Shown: positions 10,362-20,595 of the stretch, piece after piece
Numbering within the stretch: position 1 is the first letter of the stretch
Layout of the letters: each line of letters begins with the position of its first letter
Source: Candidatus Poribacteria bacterium
GTDB lineage: Bacteria; Poribacteria; WGA-4E; WGA-3G
NCBI GenBank assembly: GCA_965214095.1
Contig: OZ243938.1
Location: 4,320,001 to 4,384,000, forward strand
Direction of reading: 5' to 3'
DNA length: 64,000 nt
The notes under the pieces: generated by a model
The model's database searches: none
Seen by the model: only the letters and a program-made list of their open reading frames with translations
Told to the model about the DNA's origin: nothing
Program-made: the position numbers and the translations under genes

Positions 10362-10990
10362 TATTCTGTTTCCTCTTGAACGGTGTGTATATTTTCCTGA
10401 CTGTTTGATGAAGTGAGCAGTTGTTCTATCTCTTCAATAGATGGTAATTCGGTAGGGTCTTTTAAACCGAACTGTTGTAAGAAAGAATCGGTAGTGGAAA
10501 ACAGGAGGGAACGGCCAGCACCTTCTTTTCTGCCAGATACACGGACGAGTCCTTTCTCAACAAGCGCACTGATAACACTGTCACTGTTTACACCACGTAT
10601 TGTGGATACGTCATTTCGTGTGACAGGTTGTTTGTAAGCAACTATTGCAAGTGTTTCTAATGCGGAAGGTGATAGTGTGACACGCACTTGTTGGATGTAG
10701 AATTTCCGAATCCATTCCGAATATTCTGGTCGTGTACATATCTGATAGCCATTTGCTATTTCTATCAATCGGAAACTTCTATTCATCTCATGATAATCTT
10801 CTTTAAGTTCAGAGAGTGCCTTTCTAATCTCGCGGACATTCATTTTTGGAATTGCATGCTGAAACTGCTTAACTGTAATCGGTTCACTCGCAGCAAACAG
10901 AATTGCTTCCAATATTGATTTCGTGTTATTCTGTGGTATTGTATCAAGTTTTTCTATTTGATCTTCAACAACAGTTATTTCTGATTCCAT
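10361..10990 (-). CDS. scpB: SMC-Scp complex subunit ScpB
   Basis: ILEAILFAA, LSPSALETLAIVAYKQPVTR, IRGV. Start moved to the ATG at 10990, which follows an AAGGAA RBS. Confidence 0.92.
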   Translation of the reverse strand: MESEITVVEDQIEKLDTIPQNNTKSILEAILFAASEPITVKQFQHAIPKMNVREIRKALSELKEDYHEMNRSFRLIEIANGYQICTRPEYSEWIRKFYIQQVRVTLSPSALETLAIVAYKQPVTRNDVSTIRGVNSDSVISALVEKGLVRVSGRKEGAGRSLLFSTTDSFLQQFGLKDPTELPSIEEIEQLLTSSNSQENIHTVQEETE

Positions 10991-11012
10991 TGTGTGATAT
11001 TTCCTTGATTCT

Positions 11013-11789
11013 CTATGTAGTGGAAGTAATACTCGTTGCTTTAACCAGATATATGCTTTCAAATAGACCTGTCTGGACAGAAACGATTTTACCTAATCTG
11101 ATGAGTTCTAAAATAGCAAGAAATGTAACAATAAGGTCTAATTTCCTTGATGACAGTGGAAAGAGATCATCAAAAAGCAGTTGGTCCGAAGTTCCTAACT
11201 GATTTTCAATAAACTCCATCTTCTCTTCAACAGTGACAGTTTCTTCTTGAACCGTCTCGTATTCATCATCCATATCAAGTTCGGCAACTCGGTCATTGAT
11301 ATTTTTGAAAGCAGTGAGCAGGTCAAAAAGTGTTGCTTTAATCTCATAAGAACGGGTGCCATCTAAGTCTGAATGCAGTTTAGAACTTCTGTTGTATATT
11401 GATGTGCGACGTTCTGCATAGATATCTAATACTTGTGCTGCTTCTTTGTACCGTTTATATTCTAATAGTTGTTGTACGAGTTGCTCTTGGTTATCAATAG
11501 AATTACTGGATTTTGTTTCATTTTTCGGAAGAATGTTCTGTGATTTAATTTGTAATAACGTGGCTGCCATGACCAAAAATTCAGATGCTAAATCTAAATC
11601 TAATTGTTCCATTAGATTAATATATTCAAGATAACGGTCGGTGATTTTGGCTATCTGTATATCATAGACATCCATCTCCTCCTTCTGAATTAAATGTAGA
11701 AGGAGGTCAAGTGGTCCCTCAAAACCGTCCAGTTTGACAGCATATATTGGGTGTGAGGAAGGATGTGTTAAAGAGAGTTCAGTTAACAT
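11013..11789 (-). CDS. scpA: Segregation and condensation protein ScpA
   Basis: FEGPLDLLLHLI, FLVMAATLLQIKS, TFLAILEL. Confidence 0.93.
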   Translation of the reverse strand: MLTELSLTHPSSHPIYAVKLDGFEGPLDLLLHLIQKEEMDVYDIQIAKITDRYLEYINLMEQLDLDLASEFLVMAATLLQIKSQNILPKNETKSSNSIDNQEQLVQQLLEYKRYKEAAQVLDIYAERRTSIYNRSSKLHSDLDGTRSYEIKATLFDLLTAFKNINDRVAELDMDDEYETVQEETVTVEEKMEFIENQLGTSDQLLFDDLFPLSSRKLDLIVTFLAILELIRLGKIVSVQTGLFESIYLVKATSITSTT

Positions 11790-11831
11790 AATCGTCTGAG
11801 TAATGCGTAGAATTTACTATATCATACAAAT

Positions 11832-12524
11832 TTATCGTAAACCAATTAATTTCGCAATTATATCAACAATATTGTAACTTATGATACTGAGTATTCTAAG
11901 CGGACTTTGTATATTTATTAAGTATGGTAAAAATATAAGTCCCATTAGAATTGGCATACCGTAAGGGGCAAGTTTTTCAAATTCACGGGATGCCCGTTCT
12001 GGTAATAGACCGTTTACTACACTAAATCCGTCTAATGGAAATAGAGGTAACATATTAAAAACCGCAAGAAATACACTTATTATTGCTGAACTTTCTAAGA
12101 ATCTATAGATAACCAATTGCGTTTCGGAATTATAGGGTTTAAAATCTATTGATAGTTCCAATGCCTTGATAATACCGAAAATGCCGAAAGTCAGTATGAT
12201 GTTCATGAAAGGACCTGCAGCGGCGATCAGCATTAGATCTCTTCTCGGATTTTTCAGATTATATGGATCAACTGGAACAGGTTTTGCCCACCCAAAAAAT
12301 CCACCACCATAAAGTGACCCTATCAAAGGTAAAATCAACGTTCCAATGGGATCAATGTGTACTGCTGGGTTGAATGACATGCGTCCTAAATCTTTTGCCG
12401 TTGGGTCTCCTAACATATTGGCAGATTTGGCATGTCCCCATTCGTGAAACGTTAAGAGTATAATGAACTGACAGACGACAAGAATCGCCCTGGCAATGTT
12501 GTCTGGTGAAAATAAATCCATCAT
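11832..12524 (-). CDS. Site-2 protease (peptidase M50)
   Basis: HEWGH, AAGP, FNMLPLFPLDG; usual neighbour of scpA. Confidence 0.9.
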   Translation of the reverse strand: MMDLFSPDNIARAILVVCQFIILLTFHEWGHAKSANMLGDPTAKDLGRMSFNPAVHIDPIGTLILPLIGSLYGGGFFGWAKPVPVDPYNLKNPRRDLMLIAAAGPFMNIILTFGIFGIIKALELSIDFKPYNSETQLVIYRFLESSAIISVFLAVFNMLPLFPLDGFSVVNGLLPERASREFEKLAPYGMPILMGLIFLPYLINIQSPLRILSIISYNIVDIIAKLIGLR

Positions 12525-12556
12525 AATTTGATTCTATATCTTATGATATGAAAAAT

Positions 12557-14011
12557 CTAATCTCTTTCTTGGTTCGTTAGTTGTTGATAACGTGTATATC
12601 CATCGGATTTCGTCTTAATCTTACCGTCCAATTGATGATGAAATATATCTTTGAGTAATCTTTCAAAGTTTTTACTCGGTTTCTCACCCCATTCAATTAG
12701 GTCATCACCGTTGATAATAGGCTTTATTGGACGCAAGTTAAGTAGGTAATCACCAATCTTAGTCCGTTGTGTTTCGGATATATTTGTATTACAAAAAGCC
12801 AACACAATGGCTTCAAGTGGAAAAGGTTTTAGGATGTTGTAAATATCACTTTTTTTCGTTGTTTCAGCAAGAGTTCCAATGACTGGTTGAAGTTTCCGAA
12901 ACGCGGTATTTGGTGTCTGCACTTGGTAGCACTGTTTATCTCCATAGATGTAAGTCTTTTCGTTTTTGTTGTCTACGATACACCACTTTCCGTTGTGGAA
13001 TTCAAAGAATGTTTCTTTTGAAAGTGATATTCCAATCTCTTCAATTCCAGATCGTATCTCTGCTTCATCTGAGAGTTCTTTTTGTCCGTTTGAAATTCTC
13101 CGCAATTGATGCTTTAATACTAATTTGAAACTGAGTGCTTCAATAATGTAAATCGGTAGACCTTGTTTATTATCTAAACCCAAATATGCAAGCCAAAGAA
13201 TGAGACTATTATCTAAATCTGTGTCAGAGATATGCTCAGAAACCCACGATATAGCAGAATGTGCTGTTTCAAAATCACAATGAAAGTTAGAAGGTTTTTT
13301 CCATCCGAATGATATTTCTTCTAATACGCCAAAATCATCAAGCATGTCTATAATTTTTGGTGCCTGTTCTTCTGTCAATATGTTCTCAATTTCATTCCGT
13401 ATCCGTTCACTACTGAGTTGTGAGACGAATGGAATAGCCTTGTGTATGAGCTCAATATCCCAATCTGATATTTGAAAGTTATACCGTCCCGCATACCTAC
13501 AAGAACGAAAAATGCGGGTCGGATCATCTATGTAACTATCGTTATGTATAACACGGATAGTGCCAGTTTTTAGATCCTTCAATCCATCAGTTTTATCAAT
13601 AACAGTGCCAAACGCATCATTATCTAAGCACATTGCTAATGCATTGATTGTAAAATCTCTACGTAGTAAATCCTGTGCAATTGTGCTTCGTTCTACTTTA
13701 GGTAACGTTGCAGGTTTTTGATACGTTTCACTGCGAGCTGTGACGAAATCGACTTTTGGTTTTGTCGGAATCTCTGGTGTGACAGTAGCTGTCCCAAATT
13801 GTGGATGTATCTGCAAAGTTCCATTCCAATATTCTTGCAACTGCTTCGCTACACTGATTGCATCTCCTTCCACTACTATGTCAATATCTAAGTTTGGTCT
13901 TTTGAGAAGTAAGTCTCTCACAGAACCCCCGACCAGATAGACATGTTTGCCACCTATCTTACCGATTTCACGTAATGAATCTGAGAGTGCATCAGGGATA
14001 ATCAGTTGCAT
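12557..14011 (-). CDS. tRNA nucleotidyltransferase / poly(A) polymerase family protein
   Basis: VGGSVRD, DIDIV, DLLRRDFTINALA, DDPTRIFR. Confidence 0.88.
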   Translation of the reverse strand: MQLIIPDALSDSLREIGKIGGKHVYLVGGSVRDLLLKRPNLDIDIVVEGDAISVAKQLQEYWNGTLQIHPQFGTATVTPEIPTKPKVDFVTARSETYQKPATLPKVERSTIAQDLLRRDFTINALAMCLDNDAFGTVIDKTDGLKDLKTGTIRVIHNDSYIDDPTRIFRSCRYAGRYNFQISDWDIELIHKAIPFVSQLSSERIRNEIENILTEEQAPKIIDMLDDFGVLEEISFGWKKPSNFHCDFETAHSAISWVSEHISDTDLDNSLILWLAYLGLDNKQGLPIYIIEALSFKLVLKHQLRRISNGQKELSDEAEIRSGIEEIGISLSKETFFEFHNGKWCIVDNKNEKTYIYGDKQCYQVQTPNTAFRKLQPVIGTLAETTKKSDIYNILKPFPLEAIVLAFCNTNISETQRTKIGDYLLNLRPIKPIINGDDLIEWGEKPSKNFERLLKDIFHHQLDGKIKTKSDGYTRYQQLTNQERD

Positions 14012-14059
14012 TTTACTATGGTTATAGTAATCCGAAGGAGAGCAATTAGGACACTTACA

Positions 14060-14740
14060 TTATACAAATGCAAGAACACGGGTTGGCGCACCTGAACTCT
14101 TTGCTAACTTTAAGGGGGCAATCACAACGAAAAAATGTGTTGGTAGCTGACTCAAATTGCACAAATCTTCGACGTGCGGAATACCTTCACCAAGAAAAAC
14201 AAGGTGTGCAGGAGGTAGACCATCGTATAACGGAGGATGTCCTGCAACAGAGTCTATGCTACAAGCATCTGTTCCAATAACTTTTATACCTTTCTTAACG
14301 AGGAGTTCTGCGGCATCTTCGCTGAAACCAATCCATTCGCGGTTGAAGTTATCTTGATAGACGTATCTATCCATTCCAGTCCGCATAAACACGATGCTAT
14401 CTTTTGGTATATCCGAATTTTCTGACATCCATCTTTCAACATCTTCAGCAGTCACCGCATCAGTCGGTTTCTTGATGGCAGAGAAATCCATCAATATTGC
14501 GTTACCAGTCAATTTCTCTTTAGGTATTTCTGCGACAGTATATCCATCTGGATACATCAGACAAGGTGTATCAATGTGTGTAGAACAGTGTCCGGACATA
14601 TCAACACGGCTCTCAAAGTATCCATCTTTCTCTAATGTAGCTTGATCGTATATGTTAACAGGATCTATCGGCAGTTCCCGCGGACTATTTTCGTCTACTA
14701 TGTAGGATAGATCTAGTACGTTTTGGTAGTTGAGGTGCAT
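14060..14740 (-). CDS. Cyclase family (kynurenine formamidase-like) metallohydrolase
   Basis: HCSTHID, IGTDACSID, HVEDL, PLKL..GAPTRV. Confidence 0.85.
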   Translation of the reverse strand: MHLNYQNVLDLSYIVDENSPRELPIDPVNIYDQATLEKDGYFESRVDMSGHCSTHIDTPCLMYPDGYTVAEIPKEKLTGNAILMDFSAIKKPTDAVTAEDVERWMSENSDIPKDSIVFMRTGMDRYVYQDNFNREWIGFSEDAAELLVKKGIKVIGTDACSIDSVAGHPPLYDGLPPAHLVFLGEGIPHVEDLCNLSQLPTHFFVVIAPLKLAKSSGAPTRVLAFV

Positions 14741-14859
14741 ATTTTATCTCTATTTCTATTATATGTTATTGAACAAGTATAGCATATTATACATAGCAAT
14801 TCAAGCAGCAAGAAAATACCTTACATGTGGTCTTGTAATGTGCATCCGTTGTTGTGTAT

Positions 14860-14934
14860 TATAATGAAATATAAAAATACGTGCACACTCCCCGGTAGAT
14901 GCGGTTTCCTAACCGCATCTATGTGACTGAACAA
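14860..14934. mobile_element. MITE family A, truncated copy (left end plus first REP)
   Basis: Matches the left ~75 bp of 56094-56231, including GGTAGATGCGGTTTCCTAACCGCATCTA. Confidence 0.75.
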
Positions 14935-14997
14935 GTCGACGAAAATATCTATCAAAATAAATTTGAAAGTTCACACATTGAGGCAGAGGGAATACGA

Positions 14998-15768
14998 TTA
15001 AGTGTCTTTAAAATACCTCAATACAGTTGGATGCAGTACTCCATTCGTTGCTACCAGTGAAGCAGTGTCTTTCGTGATGGTTTGTCCTTGTATATCCGTA
15101 ACCATGCCTCCTGCTTCCCGCACAATAACAGTTATTGCAGCAATGTCCCAGACACTTATTGCTGCTTCAACCACAACGTCCGCTCTGCCAGAAGCCACAA
15201 GGTGATACATATAGAAATCACCAAACCCTCGGGAACGTGCCGTGTCGTTGATTAGGTTGTAGATACCATCAAATGTGTTCTTTTCTACAAACCATTTCAA
15301 TCCACCATGGCAAATCATTGCGTCTGAAGGTTCTGAAACATTTGAAACCTTAATCGGATCATCATTTAGAAATGCTCCTTTACCCTTTTCAGCATATAGT
15401 AGCTCATTTAACAATGGGGCATTGGAAACACCGAGAATAAGTTCATCTTCTTTCATCAGTGCGATTTGCGTGCCAAAGATAGGGATTTTACGAATGTAAT
15501 TCTTAGTTGCATCAATAGGATCAATAATCCACGTATAAGGTGATGTTCCTACTTCTGTCCCAAATTCTTCACCTAAGAATCCGTGGTCTGGAAATGTGCT
15601 CTTGATAGTTTCTCTGATAGCTTTTTCCGCTTCTGTATCTGCGCGGGTGACAGGTGTTTCATCGCTCTTTAGCTCAACTTTGAGAGTGCTTTCATGGTAA
15701 TATTTCGTTATTATATCTTCAGCCTTTTTTGCTGCATCAATCGCAACGGTTAAATAGTCACTGGTCAT
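14998..15768 (-). CDS. Inositol monophosphatase family protein, HisN-like histidinol phosphatase
   Basis: GEEFG, WIIDPIDAT, RGFGDFY, WDIAA. Confidence 0.85.
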   Translation of the reverse strand: MTSDYLTVAIDAAKKAEDIITKYYHESTLKVELKSDETPVTRADTEAEKAIRETIKSTFPDHGFLGEEFGTEVGTSPYTWIIDPIDATKNYIRKIPIFGTQIALMKEDELILGVSNAPLLNELLYAEKGKGAFLNDDPIKVSNVSEPSDAMICHGGLKWFVEKNTFDGIYNLINDTARSRGFGDFYMYHLVASGRADVVVEAAISVWDIAAITVIVREAGGMVTDIQGQTITKDTASLVATNGVLHPTVLRYFKDT

Positions 15769-15786
15769 GTATCCTCCTATCTGATT

Positions 15787-16173
15787 TCAATCCGTATGTT
15801 TTTTCCACAACCGTCGGGTCATCTTAGAGAAATGTTGACGATGTTTTGCCACAAATCGATAGATTGCTTCTGAAGTGTGAGAAAAACCGGGTAATTTGGT
15901 GTAGCACCAAAGAAATGTGCTGTTGTCCAAGGCACGTAGAATTGCTTCAACACCTGAATAGACCTGTCCAGTTTCTAATATCAACTTCACAGAGGATTGA
16001 AATTCGGAAACTGGTATCTCAGGAAAATTCGCAGCTATTTCCTGATATGGAGCATAATCTATACGGTCATTGGTGACATGTCTCCAACGAAAAATCCAAT
16101 ATTTGCAGAAATCACAGTCCCCATCATATACAAGAATGGGTTTGTTAATTTGGGTTGCATCTATATTTGCCAT
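15787..16173 (-). CDS. DCC family (DUF393) thiol-disulfide oxidoreductase
   Basis: YDGDCDFC motif. Start uncertain (16173 or 16227). Confidence 0.85.
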   Translation of the reverse strand: MANIDATQINKPILVYDGDCDFCKYWIFRWRHVTNDRIDYAPYQEIAANFPEIPVSEFQSSVKLILETGQVYSGVEAILRALDNSTFLWCYTKLPGFSHTSEAIYRFVAKHRQHFSKMTRRLWKKHTD

Positions 16174-16217
16174 TTCAATTGCAAATTTATTTCGTCCTGT
16201 CTCTGATATGTGTGAGC

Positions 16218-17447
16218 TCAATTCCATGCATTACCAATTTTTTCAATTGCTTCTACAATCTGATCCATGTCCGATTCCGTACCGAGAAACATATTTTGGA
16301 AAAGCCACACACTCGTTTCACATACCATTTCTGTATTTGGACAGGTTAATGTGCGTATCAGGTGCGGATATTTTTCAGTGACATGAGCCATTCCAGGTTC
16401 TTCGGAAAGCGGAGAACGGTAGCCGATTGAACACGGGACTCCTTCAGCAGATAATGCATTCACAAATTCTTGTCGCGATTTACCACCAAATCCTTCTGGA
16501 TCATATTTCATACAGTAAAGATGATATCCGTGTTTAGTTGCCCAAGATGCAAGTTTAGGTGGCGTGATTCCTGGGATGTTTTCCAAAGCATTAGACAGAT
16601 AGATTGCATTTTGATTGCGTCTGCCAGTTTGTGTTTCAAGTAGTTCTAATCGGACAGACAGAATGGCTGCGAGATATTCAGATGGACGATAATTCCATCC
16701 AAGCCGCGGATATTCCCATCTTGCACCGCCGGGAGCGCGTCCTACATTCATAAAGGCACATACCCTATCGTGAATGTCTTTGTCGTTTGTGGTGACCATG
16801 CCACCTTCACCAGATGTCAGGTTCTTGGATGACTGAAAACTAAATGCACCTACATCACTCAGGCTACCCACTTTTTTTGTGCGGTATTCGGCACCGTGTG
16901 CTTGTGCACAATCCTCAATTATTTTGAGTTGATGACGTTGTGCTATTTCTCTTAATTCTCCTATATTTGCAGGATGCCCACCGAGATGTACGGGGAGAAT
17001 CGCACGGGTTTCAGGAGTAATCGCTGCTTCCACTGCATCGGGATCAATTGTGAATGTGTCTGGACAGACATCTACAAAGGCTACGGTGCAGCTCCGTTCT
17101 AAGACTGCACTTGCTGTCGCGACAAAAGTATAGTTTGGTACGATGACTTCTCCACCCTCACTGAACCCATCAAGGTCAAGTGCCCCTGCTAAAGCAGCAC
17201 TGATTGAGTCAGTACCGTGTGGCATAAATATGGCGTATTGTGTGCCAGTGTATTCAGCATATTGTTCGCAGAAACGGGGTATCATAGAACCACCAGATCC
17301 CTCATTACCGCTCAAATAGACTTCACGTAGTAAGGGTTCAACCTTTGATTCCCATTCTTCTGTGGTATTTATTGGCCATTGTTGCCACGGGTGAGTATTT
17401 GTGTTCCTAACGGGAGTTCCGCCAGAAATCGCTAATTGTTTTGACAT
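16218..17447 (-). CDS. DegT/DnrJ/EryC1/StrS PLP aminotransferase
   Basis: TFVATA, IEDCAQAHG, FSFQSSKNLTSGEGG, GWNYR. Confidence 0.9.
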   Translation of the reverse strand: MSKQLAISGGTPVRNTNTHPWQQWPINTTEEWESKVEPLLREVYLSGNEGSGGSMIPRFCEQYAEYTGTQYAIFMPHGTDSISAALAGALDLDGFSEGGEVIVPNYTFVATASAVLERSCTVAFVDVCPDTFTIDPDAVEAAITPETRAILPVHLGGHPANIGELREIAQRHQLKIIEDCAQAHGAEYRTKKVGSLSDVGAFSFQSSKNLTSGEGGMVTTNDKDIHDRVCAFMNVGRAPGGARWEYPRLGWNYRPSEYLAAILSVRLELLETQTGRRNQNAIYLSNALENIPGITPPKLASWATKHGYHLYCMKYDPEGFGGKSRQEFVNALSAEGVPCSIGYRSPLSEEPGMAHVTEKYPHLIRTLTCPNTEMVCETSVWLFQNMFLGTESDMDQIVEAIEKIGNAWN

Positions 17448-17481
17448 TAATATCTCCGACTAAAACAAGTCTAAAAGCAAT

Positions 17482-17584
17482 TATAGGGAATTATAAAGAT
17501 AAGTTGACACTTTCGCCCCACGGTAGGCGAGGTTTCCTAACCTCGCCGATGCAGAGTGTTCAAGTAATTTCAAAATCTACTATA
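17482..17584. mobile_element. MITE family B copy 1 (103 bp, one REP hairpin)
   Basis: Near-identical to 31039-31141 and 42617-42719. Ends TATAG.../...CTACTATA; core GGTAGGCGAGGTTTCCTAACCTCGCC. Confidence 0.85.
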
Positions 17585-17656
17585 ATTTCTCTAAAGACAT
17601 TAGCTATACGTTTGACAAAATTATACCATATTTTCTTACTATATATACAGTAATTG

Positions 17657-18373
17657 TCAATCATGTTCCATTTTACGAACACCGTTCTCATACTTAACAT
17701 GATATGAAACATCGGGAACATCCATCATACGAATAGCAAGTTCACCAAAGGTAATATGTGGTTCCGAAAGGAGAAGGAGTTCATCTAACGATTCAGTAGG
17801 TGTTTTGTCAGTTGTATCAAGCACGATTGTTCGTCCTTTTTGTGTAAACAAAGATTTGTCTATCTCATCCTGAAAACGTTGTTTTAGTTTAGGTATATCC
17901 GCTGACTTGATAATTTGGTATTCGTGTGGGTTTTCTTCCATTCGCTGTTGAATTGCCTCATCACTTGCTGTAACGTGAATCATGACAACATCCGGCAAAC
18001 GCGCTTCCATAACTTGTACTTCGTATCCACGTTGTGCGCGGTGATGATAGTTACTATAATACGGACTATCAGGATCGCCACCATAGACAGAAGTATATAC
18101 TATTTCCTCAATATGCCAACCGGCAATCAGTGTGTTTGGATAGTTTTTGATTACCTCAACGTGATACTGGATCTGCATACGCTGCATCCGTTCCTTGACA
18201 TCATCAGGGAAATTTATGTATGCTGCTCTTGATTCTGAACTCAACGTTGAATCGGGAATAGTAAAGTGGTCATCAACATGAACTGATAGTTTCCGATGGC
18301 GATAATATTCGGTCAAAAGGTTTATCAAAGTAGATTTTCCTGCGTACTCAATTCCGGCAAAAATACATCTCAT
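17657..18373 (-). CDS. P-loop nucleoside/nucleotide kinase-like protein
   Basis: N-terminal FAGIEYAGKST Walker A with dTMP-kinase-like layout; substrate unknown. Confidence 0.6.
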   Translation of the reverse strand: MRCIFAGIEYAGKSTLINLLTEYYRHRKLSVHVDDHFTIPDSTLSSESRAAYINFPDDVKERMQRMQIQYHVEVIKNYPNTLIAGWHIEEIVYTSVYGGDPDSPYYSNYHHRAQRGYEVQVMEARLPDVVMIHVTASDEAIQQRMEENPHEYQIIKSADIPKLKQRFQDEIDKSLFTQKGRTIVLDTTDKTPTESLDELLLLSEPHITFGELAIRMMDVPDVSYHVKYENGVRKMEHD

Positions 18374-18492
18374 AGAATTCCTCTCAATACAATAAAATAG
18401 ATAGTACGATATCTTAGTACAGGTTTATCACGAAACATGAAAAATGTCAAGAATCTGTTTTGTTTTTGCAGTGAGTATACAATCTGATTTAC

Positions 18493-18521
18493 TTGACATT
18501 AGCATAGTTTCAAGGTATAAT
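18493..18521 (+). promoter_or_regulatory. Consensus sigma70 promoter of dusB-dapF-dapA
   Basis: TTGACA-17 nt-TATAAT, exact consensus. Confidence 0.8.
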
Positions 18522-18627
18522 AACCTAATTCCTTTGAGGTAAAATACATAGGATTTGAAGACAATATATGTGAATGTTCATTACATAATTATCTTTAGTA
18601 AATGAAAAATAAAAACAAACAAAGATC

Positions 18628-19668
18628 ATGTTAAGAATTGGCGATGTAAATATACCAGAATTTCCCCTTTTGTTGGCACCGATGGAAGATGTCAGTGATC
18701 CGCCTTTTCGCGCCGTTTGTAAAGAAAATGGTGCGGACATCATGTATACCGAATTTATATCTTCAGAAGCTCTCATCCGTGATGCTGCTCAGAGTGTTGC
18801 TAAGTTAGACATATTCAAATATGAAAAACCTATTGGTATACAAATATTTGGACACGATATTGATGTGATGCGAGAAACTGTTGAAATCACTGAACGCGTT
18901 GAACCCGACATTATTGATATAAATTATGGATGTCCGGTGAAAAAGGTTACATGTAAAGGTGCGGGAGCAGGTATTCTCCAAGACATTCCAAAGATGGTTA
19001 AAATGACCGCAGAAATGGTCAAGAAGACCACTTTGCCAGTCACTGTGAAAACACGATTAGGGTGGGATGATAACACGAAATATATCGTTGAAGTTGCAGA
19101 ACGTCTACAAGATGTGGGTATCCGTGCAATATCAATTCACGGAAGAACACGTCGTCAAATGTATAAAGGTGAAGCAGATTGGACGCTCATAGGTAAAATC
19201 AAAGACAATCCACGCATGACTATTCCGGTATTCGGTAACGGAGATGTAGATAGTCCGCAAAAAGCAGCTCATAAGCGACAAAAATACGGTGTTGACGGTA
19301 TCATGATCGGTCGTGCTGCTATAGGTTACCCGTGGATATTCAATGAAATTAAACACTACTTTGCCACAGGCGAGATACTTGACCCTCCACCGATAGATGA
19401 ACGTATTGCAGTATTCAGAAAACATCTGGACTTTTCTATAAAATGGAAAGGTTTGAAACTTGGTTTGATAGAGATGCGGAGACACTACAGCAACTATTTT
19501 AAAGGCATTCCGCACGTAAAACCTTTTCGTACTCGTTTGGTAACATGTGATAGTTACGATGGTGTACTATCCATCATTGAGGAACTCAGAAGCCATGCAT
19601 ACAGTACTCAAGCAGACACATACCAACTACCTTTAAACCAGATGCAGTATCAAAATGTCTTGACGTAA
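18628..19668 (+). CDS. dusB: tRNA-dihydrouridine synthase B
   Basis: LAPME, DINYGCP, VTVKTRLG, HGRT, GNGD, GRAAIG. Confidence 0.92.
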   Translation: MLRIGDVNIPEFPLLLAPMEDVSDPPFRAVCKENGADIMYTEFISSEALIRDAAQSVAKLDIFKYEKPIGIQIFGHDIDVMRETVEITERVEPDIIDINYGCPVKKVTCKGAGAGILQDIPKMVKMTAEMVKKTTLPVTVKTRLGWDDNTKYIVEVAERLQDVGIRAISIHGRTRRQMYKGEADWTLIGKIKDNPRMTIPVFGNGDVDSPQKAAHKRQKYGVDGIMIGRAAIGYPWIFNEIKHYFATGEILDPPPIDERIAVFRKHLDFSIKWKGLKLGLIEMRRHYSNYFKGIPHVKPFRTRLVTCDSYDGVLSIIEELRSHAYSTQADTYQLPLNQMQYQNVLT

Positions 19669-19713
19669 TCGTGCATTAATTTTATGATATTAGAAAAGGA
19701 AGAATAGGATATA

Positions 19714-20550
19714 GTGATGAATAAAATACCTTTTATGAAACTTAGTGGTGCCGGTAACGACTTTGTTATCATCAACAATCTCAGCAATATCGTTGATAGT
19801 GCTGATGTCCAATTCAAGAATTTTGTATCTAAAGTCTGTCAGCGAAGAATGTCGGTTGGGGCTGATGGAGTGCTTCTTGTAGAAGATTCTGATGATGTTG
19901 ATTTCCGAATGCGGTACTTTAACGCCGATGGTGGCGAGGTTGAAACTTGTGGAAACGGTGCCCGTTGTATTTCTAAATTTGCTTTTCTTCATGGAATCGT
20001 CCCTGAAAAGATGCGATTTTTGACGAATGCGGGAATTTATGAAGCAGAAGTAGTCAGTGATAACGTTAAAGTAGGTATGAGTGACCCTACGGATATACGG
20101 ATTAATGTTCCACTGAAACTTGAAGATGGTAAGCACACAGTTGGATTTGCAAATACTGGTGTTCCGCATGTCGTTTTCTTTGTGGATGACTTGAAAGATA
20201 CAGATGTATTTGATTTGGGTCAACAAACACGTTATCATAATGACTTTAACCCTGATGGAACAAATGCAAATTTTATCCATATCTATTCAGAAGAACTACT
20301 TGAAATACGGACTTATGAACGTGGTGTAGAAAACGAGACACTGGCATGTGGAACAGGTTCTATTGCTTCTGCCATTGTCTCTGCAGTCTTAGGCAGGGTC
20401 CAATCACCCGTTTCTGTCAAAACAGCAAGTGGGGTCGTATTAAAAATACATTTCGATTTAGAGAATGAAGCCGCAAGAAATGTGTTTCTTGAGGGGGATG
20501 CCCGCGTTATTTTTGCTGGTGAACTCACATCGGATGCTTGGAATTATTAA
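19714..20550 (+). CDS. dapF: Diaminopimelate epimerase
   Basis: GAGNDF, CGNGARC, TGVPH, ERGVENETLACGTG. Confidence 0.95.
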   Translation: MMNKIPFMKLSGAGNDFVIINNLSNIVDSADVQFKNFVSKVCQRRMSVGADGVLLVEDSDDVDFRMRYFNADGGEVETCGNGARCISKFAFLHGIVPEKMRFLTNAGIYEAEVVSDNVKVGMSDPTDIRINVPLKLEDGKHTVGFANTGVPHVVFFVDDLKDTDVFDLGQQTRYHNDFNPDGTNANFIHIYSEELLEIRTYERGVENETLACGTGSIASAIVSAVLGRVQSPVSVKTASGVVLKIHFDLENEAARNVFLEGDARVIFAGELTSDAWNY

Positions 20551-20595
20551 GAAGAACAAAGCACTTTTTGGTGTTTAGTGATTAAGGAGGATTAC

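Noticed and set aside
19690-20280. 196-aa minus-strand ORF and the many other short antisense or nested ORFs
   Set aside because: They are shadows of well-supported genes (here dapF) with no motifs of their own.
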